In this document: one piece after another, positions 50,627-60,847 of the stretch
Layout of the letters: each line of letters starts with the position of its first letter
Numbering within the stretch: position 1 is the first letter of the stretch
Source: Nitrospirae bacterium MYbin3
GTDB lineage: Bacteria; Nitrospirota; Thermodesulfovibrionia; Thermodesulfovibrionales; Dissulfurispiraceae
Assembly: GCA_002753335.1 (NCBI GenBank)
Contig: PEAD01000002.1
Span: 62,001-126,000, forward strand
Direction: 5' to 3'
Length of the DNA: 64,000 nucleotides
The notes under the pieces: generated by a model
Databases searched by the model: none
Seen by the model: the letters and a program-made list of their open reading frames with translations, nothing else
What the model was told of the DNA's origin: nothing
Translations under genes and position numbers: made by a program

Positions 50627-50990
50627 CTACATCTGAATACTTTCCCTTGCAGTCCTTATCTGGCTTAATTTTTCTGATGTCAGGCTGTTGAATTTTATCG
50701 CCACCTTTACGAATTCAGAATCAAGCGCAGCCTCTATAGCCTGAAGCCTTATTACGATTCCTTCAATATCTTTTATCATTTTCATTCCAAGCGTGAAATC
50801 TGCTGCGACTTTTTGGAGTATGGGGGGGGATGCCTGTTTTGATCGAGAACCTTCCAAGTGCACCGCCTGAGCTTATGTCCAGCAGTTCGCCTTCAACCGA
50901 TACATCTCCATAGCGAAGCAGCATCTCACCGTCAAGGCCAAGTCTTTCGCTCTCTCTTCTTTCGTCCAGCGACTCTAAGATGCGCTCCAC
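50627..50990 (-). pseudogene. Single-domain PilZ protein frameshifted at a G8 tract (50822-50829)
   Basis: RRESER and DISSGG motifs in one frame; the barrel continues (GIVIR..VAIKF) in another; removing one G gives a 120-aa ORF. Confidence 0.8.
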
Positions 50991-50996
50991 CGGTAA

Positions 50997-52292
50997 TTAC
51001 TCCTCAAAAACCCTATTGTAGATATAATCCACATGTCTGAGATAATAGCTTAAATCGAAAATCTCGTTTATATTGTTGTCGTCCAGTTTTTCTTTTATCT
51101 GAGGGTCTTTCATCAGCAGTGTTTTAAAATCTGTTGCTGTGCGCCAGCTTTCCATAGCATTTTTTTGCACTAAAGCATAAGCGTCTTCGCGCAGCATGCC
51201 CTTCTCGGTCAGCGCCAGCATGGTGCGCTGTGAGTTGTGCAGCCCATAGCTTTTTTCCATATTCTCGAGCATCCGCTCCGGATATATATGCATATTTTTA
51301 ATTATGCCGCACAGCCTGCCCAGCATATAGTCAACCAGAATCGTACTGTCAGGGATTATGACCCTCTCGACCGATGAATGCGATATGTCCCTCTCGTGCC
51401 AGAGCGCAATATTTTCAAAAGCTGCAAGCGCATTAGTGCGGACCACCCTTGCAAGTCCTGACAGGTTTTCGCAACCAACCGGATTTCTTTTGTGCGGCAT
51501 TGCGGACGAGCCTTTCTGGCCTGCGCTGAACGGCTCTTCTGCTTCGCGTACTTCTGTCCTCTGCAGGTGTCGTATCTCTACAGATATTTTTTCGACCGAT
51601 GCAGCAACAAGCGCAAGGGCCGACATATATTCGGCATGGCGATCGCGCTGAACCACCTGAGTTGCTACGGTTTCGGGTTTCAGTCCTAACTTGGCGCAAA
51701 CGAGTTCTTCGAGTTTTGTCGGAACATTCGAAAAAGTGCCGACCGCTCCAGAAAGCTTGCCGATGCAGATAACCTCTTTTGCTTGTTGCATCCGGCGCAG
51801 GTTTCTCTTTGCATCTTCGTACCACAGAGCGAATTTTAATCCAAAGGTCATAGGCTCTGCGTGAACACCATGACTTCTGCCTATGCAGGGAGTCTCTTTG
51901 TATTTGAATGCCTGTTCTTTTAGTGCCGACATGAGCTCAGTTATATCTTTAATTATAATCTCTGCAGCTTCCTTCATCATCAATGATAAAGCAGTATCCA
52001 CGACATCGGAGGAGGTGAGCCCTTTATGCACAAACCTTGATTCTGGGCCAACAAACTCAGATACCGAGGTCAGAAAAGCTATAACGTCATGCTTGACGGT
52101 GCTTTCGATTTCGTCTATGCGCGCCACATCAAAATTGGCCTTCTCTTTTATAATATTTACGGCATCCTCAGGGATCTCGCCAAGCTCTGCCCATGCTTCA
52201 CAGGCCGCAATCTCTACATCGAGCCATTTGCGGAATCTGTTCTCAGGCTCCCAGAGTTTTCCCATTTCGGGTCTTGTATAACGCGGTATCAT
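50997..52292 (-). CDS. purB: Adenylosuccinate lyase
   Basis: HDVIAF, GRSHGVHAEP and GSSAMPHKRNP. Confidence 0.98.
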   Translation of the reverse strand: MIPRYTRPEMGKLWEPENRFRKWLDVEIAACEAWAELGEIPEDAVNIIKEKANFDVARIDEIESTVKHDVIAFLTSVSEFVGPESRFVHKGLTSSDVVDTALSLMMKEAAEIIIKDITELMSALKEQAFKYKETPCIGRSHGVHAEPMTFGLKFALWYEDAKRNLRRMQQAKEVICIGKLSGAVGTFSNVPTKLEELVCAKLGLKPETVATQVVQRDRHAEYMSALALVAASVEKISVEIRHLQRTEVREAEEPFSAGQKGSSAMPHKRNPVGCENLSGLARVVRTNALAAFENIALWHERDISHSSVERVIIPDSTILVDYMLGRLCGIIKNMHIYPERMLENMEKSYGLHNSQRTMLALTEKGMLREDAYALVQKNAMESWRTATDFKTLLMKDPQIKEKLDDNNINEIFDLSYYLRHVDYIYNRVFEE

Positions 52293-52301
52293 CAGTCCTC
52301 C

Positions 52302-53201
52302 TCAGTTGAACAGTCTTTCAATTTTAATCGAGTCTTTCACAACCTTTCCTATGCCGAAAAGGCTGCCTTTCAGATCTTTTAGTCTTACATAAATATTTTT
52401 TTCTTCAGGGGTAATCAGTTCCATAAGGGGCCTTCTGTAATCATTCAAAAGGTTAATAATATTTACCGGATTCCCATTTTTTGCTTTTCTGAAATTGTCG
52501 CCGTCCAGCAGCACGTCCATGAATCCAGCGAGCGCGTTGTCTATAGTATGCAGTGCGTTCGTCTTTTGCGGAAGCTCATTTATGAGCGCCGAATCTTCGA
52601 TCCTGATGCCGCCTATCCTTGTTCTGACAAGACCGGTTACATGTGCTCCGGTGGCGAGAGCTGTTCCTATATCATTGCAAAGAGAGCGCACATAGGTGCC
52701 CTTAGAGCATTCTATAGCAAGAGTGACAAAAGGGTCGTTGTAGCTTATAAGTTCAAGCTTGTCAATCCTTACTCTGCGAGGTTTTCTCTCGACTTCTATT
52801 CCTTGCCGCGCAAGTTTATACAGAGGTTTCCCCGAAAGCTTTATTGCGGAATACATGGGTGGAATCTGGTCGATTTCCCCCTTGAAACTCTTAAGCACTT
52901 CTTCTATTTGTTCTTGAGTGACCGAATAATCTTTTACAGAAGCAGTTACAGCTCCCTCCGAATCATAGGTGTCGGTGCTTTCCCCCAATTTGATTGTCAT
53001 CAAATACCCTTTATCCATATCAGAAAGGTATCCCGTAATCTTGGTGGCTTCGTTCAGGCAGACAAGCAGCACTCCGGTTGCTATAGGATCAAGGGTTCCG
53101 GCATGGCCAGCTTTTCTGACCTTGAATGCTTTTTTGACCGCCTGCACCGCATCGTGGGAGGTTATTCCTGCAGGCTTGTTAAGCACAACAACTATGTTCA
53201 C
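52302..53201 (-). CDS. truB: tRNA pseudouridine(55) synthase
   Basis: KPAGITS, GHAGTLDP, PPMYSA and CSKGTYVRSL. Confidence 0.96.
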   Translation of the reverse strand: MNIVVVLNKPAGITSHDAVQAVKKAFKVRKAGHAGTLDPIATGVLLVCLNEATKITGYLSDMDKGYLMTIKLGESTDTYDSEGAVTASVKDYSVTQEQIEEVLKSFKGEIDQIPPMYSAIKLSGKPLYKLARQGIEVERKPRRVRIDKLELISYNDPFVTLAIECSKGTYVRSLCNDIGTALATGAHVTGLVRTRIGGIRIEDSALINELPQKTNALHTIDNALAGFMDVLLDGDNFRKAKNGNPVNIINLLNDYRRPLMELITPEEKNIYVRLKDLKGSLFGIGKVVKDSIKIERLFN

Positions 53202-55204
53202 AGGAATCTGTGCTCCCCTCCCAAGCCTTTCAATTCAAAAAATACCATGAATCCAAATTCGGCGGGTTGTGTCCCATAGCCCGGTCTTCTTGTGATAGCG
53301 GTATTCAATGCCCAGCATTTTTGAGAGTAAATCACCTTAGCGGTAGCATCCCTGAACTCGTTCATTTTGAAGTCATAGGATGCATCAGATTTGACAGCCC
53401 ACTGCTTGCTTATAGTCGCATCAAATCCGGCCTTGTAAAGTTTAATATTAGCTTCTCTGTTATAACGCTCTCCAACATTAAAAGACAGCTTGTCGGTGGC
53501 TTTTACGGACAGCTCAGAATTTGTGCTGTCTGTTCTCCCCTTGGCTAAATTCTGAGTTGCATCAAATCGCAAGACTGCAGGACCGCTTATTACCGCCTCC
53601 AGCTTGGTGGGCTGCAACGGCTGCGTTTGCGGTTGTGGATTAAAGTCGTAGGGTTGAATGGCTTTAAGCGATACTGTCAACCCTTTCATTATAAGGCTGT
53701 TGTAAAGAGATGCATAGGCCTGCGTCATTCTCTGAAATAGTTCTGTAGAGTCTAACAGCGGCGCCGATTTTGTACCCGAGATAAACCGGTATCCTACCGA
53801 AGGTTCTACAATATGAATAGCGCCTTCATATTGCTTGTACAGCCGCGTGAGCGTAGAAGCAGAGTATTCGGCCGCGCCTTTTTTAATCCATGAATCGTAA
53901 ACCTGCGTGTTATGTGTGTTGTAAATTGTTTCTTTAAATGAAAGTTTCTGCGTTAAGGTTGTGCTGTCGCCTAAAGTATGTGAAACTGCCGGGTGTATGT
54001 CAAACCTCTGCGCCTTGGTGTCCCTGTCTCTGGTAAAGTTTGCAATATTTGAAGACATGGTAAAGACAAAAGGGCCGGCCGGCGTCGGATTCAGGACATA
54101 ACCGAGCTCCGGAAGCCTTTGGGGTATCCTGTCATCAGGGGCCTTTAAATCTTTCCATGACTGTCCGAGAATATACAGCCGCCAGTTTTTGCCGGGCAAT
54201 GAAGCCTCGGCCGAAGACTGGAGAAAGCGCTGAATTCGTGCATCCTGATGGCGCGCGTATTCTTTGTAGAAATCCCTCTCGTTCAGATAATTGATGTCGG
54301 CGAACGCCTTAACATCTCCGATGGTGTGGCGGTGTTCGCCCTTGAATTCGAGAAAATTTTTGTTCAGCCTGTTGTCGCGCAGTTGATAGCCGTACCATTT
54401 GCCGCTGCTGTCGGGGTATATATAGCGGTACTCCAAGCCTTTTCCGAGCCCTCGCTTGCCGTAATAGTCTAGGCCTATGGTTGCATCTTTATTTTCATCA
54501 ATAGCCCAGAAGTAGGAGGGGCTGAACTGAACGCCTTTCTGCGAACTGTTTCCGATTGCGGGGAAAAGAAGCCCTGATTGCCGTTCGGTCAAAACCGGAG
54601 CCCAAACATAAGGGGAATAAGCCACCGGAACTCCGGCCACATTAAAAGAGGCCTCGTTTGCTGTAATCCGCTTGCCTACAACAACATCAACATTTTTGCC
54701 TTTGAAGCACCAGTCAGGATCTTTGCCTTCATCCGATTCGCAGGTGGTGAATGCCCCGGTTTTTACATAATAGTGGTCTGCGCTTAAACGCTGTACGCTG
54801 TCCCCACGGAATCGGTATTTTATGTCCTGTCCTGTATCTTTGCTTTTTTTGTCTTTAAGGAGGATTATTGCATTGAATAGTTTTCCGGTTTTGTTGTCAA
54901 TGTTTATCTCTGCCTTTTCTGCGTTTATCAGCGCATGCTCGTCTTCGAACGTGACTTTGCCTTCGAGTATGGCTTCGGAGCTGGTTTGGTAGTATGTGGC
55001 CTTTTCTGCAGTCACGACCGTTCCGTTTCTTTCTATTCTCACATTGCCCGCGGCCGTGAATTTGTTCTCTTTTTTGAAATGTTCAAGCTTGTCTGCGGTT
55101 ATATTTGCTGCCCAAAGGTTTGAGGCAAAGAAAGATAACGCGAAAATAAGAATCAGCAGGAAGCTCAACGTAGCATGCGGATTTTTTGCCTTGTTATATA
55201 TCAA
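53198..55204 (-). CDS. lptD: LPS-assembly protein LptD
   Basis: Signal peptide, beta-jellyroll N-domain, FTTC, RQSGLLFP, barrel ending CWAL..ELKGLG. Confidence 0.88.
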   Translation of the reverse strand: MIYNKAKNPHATLSFLLILIFALSFFASNLWAANITADKLEHFKKENKFTAAGNVRIERNGTVVTAEKATYYQTSSEAILEGKVTFEDEHALINAEKAEINIDNKTGKLFNAIILLKDKKSKDTGQDIKYRFRGDSVQRLSADHYYVKTGAFTTCESDEGKDPDWCFKGKNVDVVVGKRITANEASFNVAGVPVAYSPYVWAPVLTERQSGLLFPAIGNSSQKGVQFSPSYFWAIDENKDATIGLDYYGKRGLGKGLEYRYIYPDSSGKWYGYQLRDNRLNKNFLEFKGEHRHTIGDVKAFADINYLNERDFYKEYARHQDARIQRFLQSSAEASLPGKNWRLYILGQSWKDLKAPDDRIPQRLPELGYVLNPTPAGPFVFTMSSNIANFTRDRDTKAQRFDIHPAVSHTLGDSTTLTQKLSFKETIYNTHNTQVYDSWIKKGAAEYSASTLTRLYKQYEGAIHIVEPSVGYRFISGTKSAPLLDSTELFQRMTQAYASLYNSLIMKGLTVSLKAIQPYDFNPQPQTQPLQPTKLEAVISGPAVLRFDATQNLAKGRTDSTNSELSVKATDKLSFNVGERYNREANIKLYKAGFDATISKQWAVKSDASYDFKMNEFRDATAKVIYSQKCWALNTAITRRPGYGTQPAEFGFMVFFELKGLGGEHRFL

Positions 55205-56523
55205 AACTTCTCCCTCAGATCCCCAAGAACCGCTTTTTCTCCAAGCAGTTCTTTTGCTTCTCCGATAGTGTAAAAAGAGCCTGTTATCAGAATCAGCGGA
55301 ACTTCTTTATCCAAAGAAATTTCTCGCGCTCTATGTAGTGCTATATCTACAGAGCCTGCTGACTCTGTGTTTGAAAACCCCATCTGAGAGGCCCGATCCG
55401 CAAGCTGTTCTGCCGATGCAGCCCTTCCGTAGTTAGGGGCACAAAGAACAGTATGATCTGCCAAAGGAAGCAGCACCTTTAAAATTCCGTCTATATCCTT
55501 GTCAGCCATGACTCCAAGCACAAGTATGATGTTTTTTCCTGCAAGATGTTTTTTTGCAAAAGCAGACAGGCTTTGGGCCGCATCAGGATTATGTGCGCCG
55601 TCAATAAGTATCGAAGGATTGCCCTCAATAAACTCAAGCCTTCCGGGCCAGTGAGCTTCGCTAAGCCCTTTAGCAATCGCGCCATAGTCGATATTTTTGC
55701 CTAGTGCCGTCACTGCTGCTTTTACCGCTAAACAGGCGTTTTCGAGCTGATGCTCGCCTGCAAGACTAATATTTAATCCTTCTAAAGAGGAAGCACCGTT
55801 GCTGTATCCGAAGCTTATTCCGTTAAGCGCTGAATTCACTATCACTCCAGAGAAGTCAGCACCATAAACAAAAAGCTTCGATTGTTTGTTCAAAGCTGTG
55901 GCGCTTATAACTTCTGCTGCACCATCATTTTGCAAAGCAGAAACAACAGGCACACCTGCTTTTATTATCCCGGCTTTTTCAAACGCGATGTCCCTAATCG
56001 TCTCACCCAAGAACTCTTTATGGTCAAGACCGATTTTAGTGATTACAGAAACCTCAGGCGTAATAAGATTCGTGGCATCAAGCCTGCCTCCCATGCCGGT
56101 TTCAATGACCGCCCAGTCAACCCCGTTTCTCTTGAAATAAAGGAAAGCCATTGCGGTCACAAACTCAAAGAAGGTTGGTTCCGGAATAACTGTTTTTAAA
56201 TCAGCAATGCTGTTGCTTATTTCGGATGTGAGTGAAACAACCTCTTCTTCGGTTATCTGTTTTCCGTTTATGCGTATTCTCTCTGTAAAGCTGACAAGGT
56301 GGGGAGAGGTGAAAAGCCCGACCTTAAAGCCATGCGCCTGCAGTATTGACGCGGTCATGGCCGATGCCGAACCTTTGCCGTTTGTCCCTGCAACATGAAC
56401 GGTTTTGAAATCCTCAAAAGGATTGCCGAGGTTCCACATTATGGTCTTGGTTTTGTCTAGACCCAACTTGATGCCGAACTTCTGAAGACCGTATAAATAC
56501 TCGATGGCTGCCGAATAACTCAT
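55201..56523 (-). CDS. folC: Folylpolyglutamate synthase / dihydrofolate synthase
   Basis: HVAGTNGKGS, TSPHL, ETGMGGRLDATN, WPGR and DGAHN. Confidence 0.97.
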   Translation of the reverse strand: MSYSAAIEYLYGLQKFGIKLGLDKTKTIMWNLGNPFEDFKTVHVAGTNGKGSASAMTASILQAHGFKVGLFTSPHLVSFTERIRINGKQITEEEVVSLTSEISNSIADLKTVIPEPTFFEFVTAMAFLYFKRNGVDWAVIETGMGGRLDATNLITPEVSVITKIGLDHKEFLGETIRDIAFEKAGIIKAGVPVVSALQNDGAAEVISATALNKQSKLFVYGADFSGVIVNSALNGISFGYSNGASSLEGLNISLAGEHQLENACLAVKAAVTALGKNIDYGAIAKGLSEAHWPGRLEFIEGNPSILIDGAHNPDAAQSLSAFAKKHLAGKNIILVLGVMADKDIDGILKVLLPLADHTVLCAPNYGRAASAEQLADRASQMGFSNTESAGSVDIALHRAREISLDKEVPLILITGSFYTIGEAKELLGEKAVLGDLREKF

Positions 56524-57371
56524 GGCTCGTTGAATACAGGCATGAAGTGGTCGCAGAGTTTGCTGATCGTATTTTTAAGTTCTTTCCTCTCTGTTACGCA
56601 GTCGAGCATGCCGTGTTCGAGCAGAAACTCTGCCCGCAAGAAATTCTCTGGAAGCTGCTGCTTTATGGTCTGCTCAATCACGCGCGGGCCTGCAAAACCC
56701 ACAAGGCTCTTAGGTTCTGCGATGATTATGTCGCCGAGCATCGCAAAGCTTGCGGTAACTCCTCCGAATGTAGGATCGGCCAGAACAGAGATGTAAAGCA
56801 CACTGTTTTCTTTAAGTCGTGCTATTGCTGCGGATACCTTGGACATTTGCATAAGTGAAAACATGCCTTCCTGCATGCGGGCTCCGCCTGATGATGAGAT
56901 TGTTACGAGCGGCGCACGTTTTTCGAGTGCGCGCTCTGCAGCTCTTGTGATCTTTTCTCCGACCACCGAACCCATGCTTCCGCCCATGAACGAAAAATCC
57001 ATTATCGCCAAAACCAAAGGCCTGCCGTTTATGGTGATATCCCCGTAAATTGCAGCTTCGTTCAGTCCGCTCTTTTTTTTGTTTTCTTCGATTCGTTCTG
57101 CATAGGATATGGTGTCTTTAAAATTCAGCAGATCCACGGCGGTCAAATCCGAATCAAGCTCTGCAAAACTGCCGTCATCCGCAATGAACTCTATGCGCTC
57201 CATAGCGCTTATTCTGAAATGGTAGTTGCATTTCGGGCAGACCTTCAGGTTTTTTTCTATCTCTTTTTTATAAATAATTTCCTTGCAGCCGTCGCACTTA
57301 ACCCACAGGCCTTCCGGTATCTTTACCTTCTTGTCTGTTTTTACCTCTTTCTTTCTTTTGAACCAAGCCAT
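56520..57371 (-). CDS. accD: Acetyl-CoA carboxylase carboxyltransferase beta subunit
   Basis: Zinc finger, FMGGSMG, SGGARMQEG and GFAGPRVIEQT. Confidence 0.98.
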   Translation of the reverse strand: MAWFKRKKEVKTDKKVKIPEGLWVKCDGCKEIIYKKEIEKNLKVCPKCNYHFRISAMERIEFIADDGSFAELDSDLTAVDLLNFKDTISYAERIEENKKKSGLNEAAIYGDITINGRPLVLAIMDFSFMGGSMGSVVGEKITRAAERALEKRAPLVTISSSGGARMQEGMFSLMQMSKVSAAIARLKENSVLYISVLADPTFGGVTASFAMLGDIIIAEPKSLVGFAGPRVIEQTIKQQLPENFLRAEFLLEHGMLDCVTERKELKNTISKLCDHFMPVFNEP

Positions 57372-58154
57372 TTAAACAATCGCCTCTCTGAGTTTTTTTA
57401 TAAATTCTTCTGCCTCTTCAGGATTTTCGTGCAGCTTTTTCACTATGGCGCTTCCGACTATTACTCCATCTGCCATTTCAGCAATTGTCTTTGCATCGTC
57501 GGGTGTTGAGACACCGAAGCCGACCGCCACAGGATTCTTTGATGCCTGCTTCACTTTATTTATGTGCTCTATAAAAGAGTCTTCAAGGGTAAGCTTAGTG
57601 CCTGTTATGCCTGTCATCGAAACGTAATAAACGAATCCGCTTGAAGCCAAAGCCACTTTTTTAATTCTTTTATCGTTCGATGTCGGCGCTACAAGAAATA
57701 TAGTATCGAGGCCGGATGCGCGAGACTCTTTTATCAAGAGGCTTGCCTCATCAGGCGGAAGGTCAGGGATTATAACACCGTCAACTCCGGCATCCACGGC
57801 ATCCCGCACAAATTTTTCTTCGCCATATTTGAAAACAGGATTGTAGTAAGTCATCAGTATTAGTGGTATCTGTGTGGTTGCTCTTACTTCACTGACAAAC
57901 GAGATAACCTTTCTTAAAGTCACGCCTCCTGCAACAGCCCTTCCTGCAGCCATCTGTATCGTAGGCCCGTCAGCAAGCGGGTCAGAAAAAGGAACGCCGA
58001 GTTCGATTATATCAGCGCCGCAATTTTCAAGCATAGAAATGTATTGCCTTGTGCGCTCTATATCAGGATCGCCGGCCATGATGTAAGGGATAAAGGCTTT
58101 TTTAGCCGAGGCCTTAAGCTTAGAAAATGTTTTTGATATGCGGGTCTGCTTCAC
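57372..58154 (-). CDS. trpA: Tryptophan synthase alpha chain
   Basis: IELGVPFSDPLADGPTIQ, GFGVS and DGVIVGSA. Confidence 0.98.
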   Translation of the reverse strand: MKQTRISKTFSKLKASAKKAFIPYIMAGDPDIERTRQYISMLENCGADIIELGVPFSDPLADGPTIQMAAGRAVAGGVTLRKVISFVSEVRATTQIPLILMTYYNPVFKYGEEKFVRDAVDAGVDGVIIPDLPPDEASLLIKESRASGLDTIFLVAPTSNDKRIKKVALASSGFVYYVSMTGITGTKLTLEDSFIEHINKVKQASKNPVAVGFGVSTPDDAKTIAEMADGVIVGSAIVKKLHENPEEAEEFIKKLREAIV

Positions 58155-59344
58155 TAAAGATTTATCCCCTTGATTGCTGCGACATGCTGAACGTCTTTAT
58201 CGCCTCTTCCCGAGAGATTGACCACAATAATTTTTTCTTTATCCATTTCAGGCGCCATCTTTATAGCTTCAGCAACCGCATGCGCAGATTCAAGCGCAGG
58301 AATAATACCTTCGGTTTTTGAAAGAAGATCGAAGGCAGCCAAGGCCTCATAGTCTGTTGCATAGGTATAGCGGACTCTTCCAGATTCCTTGAAAAACGCG
58401 TGCTCAGGTCCGACCGATGCGTAATCGAGTCCTGCTGATACAGAATGCGTGCCCAGTACGTTTCCATCCTTATCCTGAAGCAGATAGCTTTTTGTTCCCT
58501 GAAGCACTCCGATCGAGCCGCCCGCAAAACGCGCGGCATGTTCGCCGCTCTGTATGCCTTTGCCGCCTGCCTCTACCCCGACCATTTTTACATCGCTTTC
58601 TATAAACTCATTAAACAAGCCCATCGCATTGCTGCCTCCGCCCACGCAGGCTATAAGACAATCAGGCATGCGGCCCTCTGTCTTGATAATCTGTTTTTTT
58701 GCTTCAGCTCCTATCACCGACTGAAAGTCCCTTACTATCATCGGGAACGGATGAGGCCCAAACACAGTGCCCATCACATAATGCGTGTGGCGCACATTTG
58801 TGGTCCAATCTCTTAACGCTTCGTTTATCGCATCCTTCAGCGTCTTTGAACCGAGGCTAACCTCGTTTACTTTAGCCCCTAAAAGCTTCATCCTGAAAAC
58901 ATTCAAGGCCTGCCGTTTTACGTCAACCGAACCCATGTATATTTCGCACGCAAGCCCTGTTAATGCGGCTCCGGTTGCTGTTGCAACGCCGTGCTGCCCT
59001 GCACCGGTTTCTGCTATAACCCTTGTCTTGCCCATTTTTTTTGCGAGCAGCGACTGACCTATGGCGTTGTTTATCTTGTGTGCTCCTGTATGGGCCAGGT
59101 CTTCTCTTTTTAGATATATCTTTGCTCCGCCTAAGTGCGCTGTAAGCCTTGCCGCAAAATATAGCGGTGTGGGTCTGCCAACATAGGTTGCGCGGAGATG
59201 ATTCAGCTCATCCTGAAAAGCCTTATCCTTCTTTGCTGCAGCATAAGCCGTATCCAGTTCTTCAAGCGCAGGTATCAGGGTTTCGGGCGCAAATCTGCCG
59301 CCGAATGAGCCGAAGTATCCGTTTTTATCTGGCTGTTTTTTGAT
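58154..59344 (-). CDS. trpB: Tryptophan synthase beta chain (TrpB1), 396 aa from a proposed ATC start
   Basis: The frame stays open upstream of the track's start at 59035 and reads [42 protein letters not shown] (PLP Lys); GGAGG lies 6 nt before ATC at 59344. Confidence 0.93.
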   Translation of the reverse strand: MKKQPDKNGYFGSFGGRFAPETLIPALEELDTAYAAAKKDKAFQDELNHLRATYVGRPTPLYFAARLTAHLGGAKIYLKREDLAHTGAHKINNAIGQSLLAKKMGKTRVIAETGAGQHGVATATGAALTGLACEIYMGSVDVKRQALNVFRMKLLGAKVNEVSLGSKTLKDAINEALRDWTTNVRHTHYVMGTVFGPHPFPMIVRDFQSVIGAEAKKQIIKTEGRMPDCLIACVGGGSNAMGLFNEFIESDVKMVGVEAGGKGIQSGEHAARFAGGSIGVLQGTKSYLLQDKDGNVLGTHSVSAGLDYASVGPEHAFFKESGRVRYTYATDYEALAAFDLLSKTEGIIPALESAHAVAEAIKMAPEMDKEKIIVVNLSGRGDKDVQHVAAIKGINL

Positions 59345-59493
59345 TGGGTGCCTCCATATTCTTTTGCTTACAAAACGCCGAAAGAATGTTATTATATCAT
59401 ATATTTAGGCCTTAACGGCTGATTCTGGAAGGCTTTTAAACTAGTTCTAATTCAATAAATACGGCTAATACAAAATTATCAGGAGGAAGAGTA

Positions 59494-60846
59494 ATGAACG
59501 AAACAAAAATAATGCTGAGTGAAAAAGAGATACCTAAGCAGTGGTACAACATCATGGCGGATATGCCGAACCTGCCGAAACCGCCGCTGCATCCCGGCAC
59601 CAAGCAGCCTATTGGTCCGGCCGACTTGAGCGCAATATTCCCAATGTCTTTGATAGAGCAGGAGGTCTCGACACAGCGCTGGATAGACATTCCGGAAGAG
59701 GTGCTTGATATTTATACACTCTGGAGGCCTGCACCGCTTTATCGCGCAAGAAGGCTCGAGGCTGCTTTAAAGACACCTGCACGCATTTATTACAAGTATG
59801 AGGGTGTAAGTCCTGCGGGCAGCCACAAACCTAACACTTCCATTCCGCAGGCCTACTACAATAAAAAAGCGGGCATTAAAAGGATCGCAACAGAAACCGG
59901 AGCAGGCCAGTGGGGCTCATCAATGGCGCTTGCAGGAAGCCTATTCGGGCTTGATGTGACGGTTTATATGGTGCGCGTAAGCTATGACCAGAAACCCTAC
60001 AGACGCATCGCTATGGAGACATGGGGCGCAACGGTTCATGCAAGCCCTTCAACTGTTACAAACTCGGGCCGCAAGATGCTGGAGGTTTCGCCCGACTGCG
60101 CCGGAAGCCTTGGTATGGCTATATCTGAGGCTGTTGAAGATGCTGCAACCCATGATGACACCAACTATGCGCTAGGCTCTGTATTAAACCATGTGATGCT
60201 CCATCAGACTGTCATCGGTCTTGAAACAAAGAAACAGCTCGAAATGGTGGGAGAATATCCTGATATTGTAATTGGCTGCTGCGGCGGTGGAAGCAATTTT
60301 GCTGGCATCAGCTTTCCGTTTGTCTGCGACAAGATTCATGGCAAACAGGTTAGGGCGATAGCGGTCGAGCCTATATCCTGCCCAACTCTTACAAAGGGCG
60401 AATTCAGATATGATTTTGGCGATACAGCCGGATTAACTCCGCTTATCATGATGTACACGCTCGGCCATGACTTCATGCCTCCAGGAATCCATGCAGGCGG
60501 CCTGCGCTATCACGGAGATTCAGCATTGGTTTCTCAGCTATGCCATGACGGGCTGATTGAGGCTAAATCTTACGGCCAGACTTCTGTGTTTGAGGCGGCA
60601 CTCACATTTTCGAAGAGCGAAGGAATAATCCCTGCTCCCGAAAGTTCACACGCTATCAGGGCTGCGATAGATGAGGCGTTGTTGTGCAAAGAAGAGGGTA
60701 AAGAAAAATGCATACTCTTCAATCTCAGCGGCCACGGCTACCTTGATTTGACAGCCTATGCAGATTATATGTCCGGAAAACTTGTGGATTACGAATATCC
60801 TGAAGAGAAAATAAAAGAATCTTTGGCAAAACTGCCGACACTTTAA
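59494..60846 (+). CDS. trpB2: TrpB2 (TrpB-like PLP enzyme)
   Basis: [39 protein letters not shown] and NLSGHG; 450 aa. Confidence 0.95.
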   Translation: MNETKIMLSEKEIPKQWYNIMADMPNLPKPPLHPGTKQPIGPADLSAIFPMSLIEQEVSTQRWIDIPEEVLDIYTLWRPAPLYRARRLEAALKTPARIYYKYEGVSPAGSHKPNTSIPQAYYNKKAGIKRIATETGAGQWGSSMALAGSLFGLDVTVYMVRVSYDQKPYRRIAMETWGATVHASPSTVTNSGRKMLEVSPDCAGSLGMAISEAVEDAATHDDTNYALGSVLNHVMLHQTVIGLETKKQLEMVGEYPDIVIGCCGGGSNFAGISFPFVCDKIHGKQVRAIAVEPISCPTLTKGEFRYDFGDTAGLTPLIMMYTLGHDFMPPGIHAGGLRYHGDSALVSQLCHDGLIEAKSYGQTSVFEAALTFSKSEGIIPAPESSHAIRAAIDEALLCKEEGKEKCILFNLSGHGYLDLTAYADYMSGKLVDYEYPEEKIKESLAKLPTL

Positions 60847-60847
60847 T

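Noticed and set aside
59035..59042. Frameshift in trpB at the T8 run where the ORF track starts the gene
   Set aside because: It reads GCA AAA AAA ATG in frame. The short ORF call is due only to the missing canonical start upstream.
59439..59447. GAACTAGTT (- strand) resembling half of the E. coli TrpR operator between trpB1 and trpB2
   Set aside because: Only one ACTAGT core with poor flanking symmetry, and no trpR in the window; chance is plausible.
59345..59493. Trp attenuator leader peptide or T-box
   Set aside because: No ATG-initiated leader with Trp codons, and no terminator/antiterminator or T-box motif seen.
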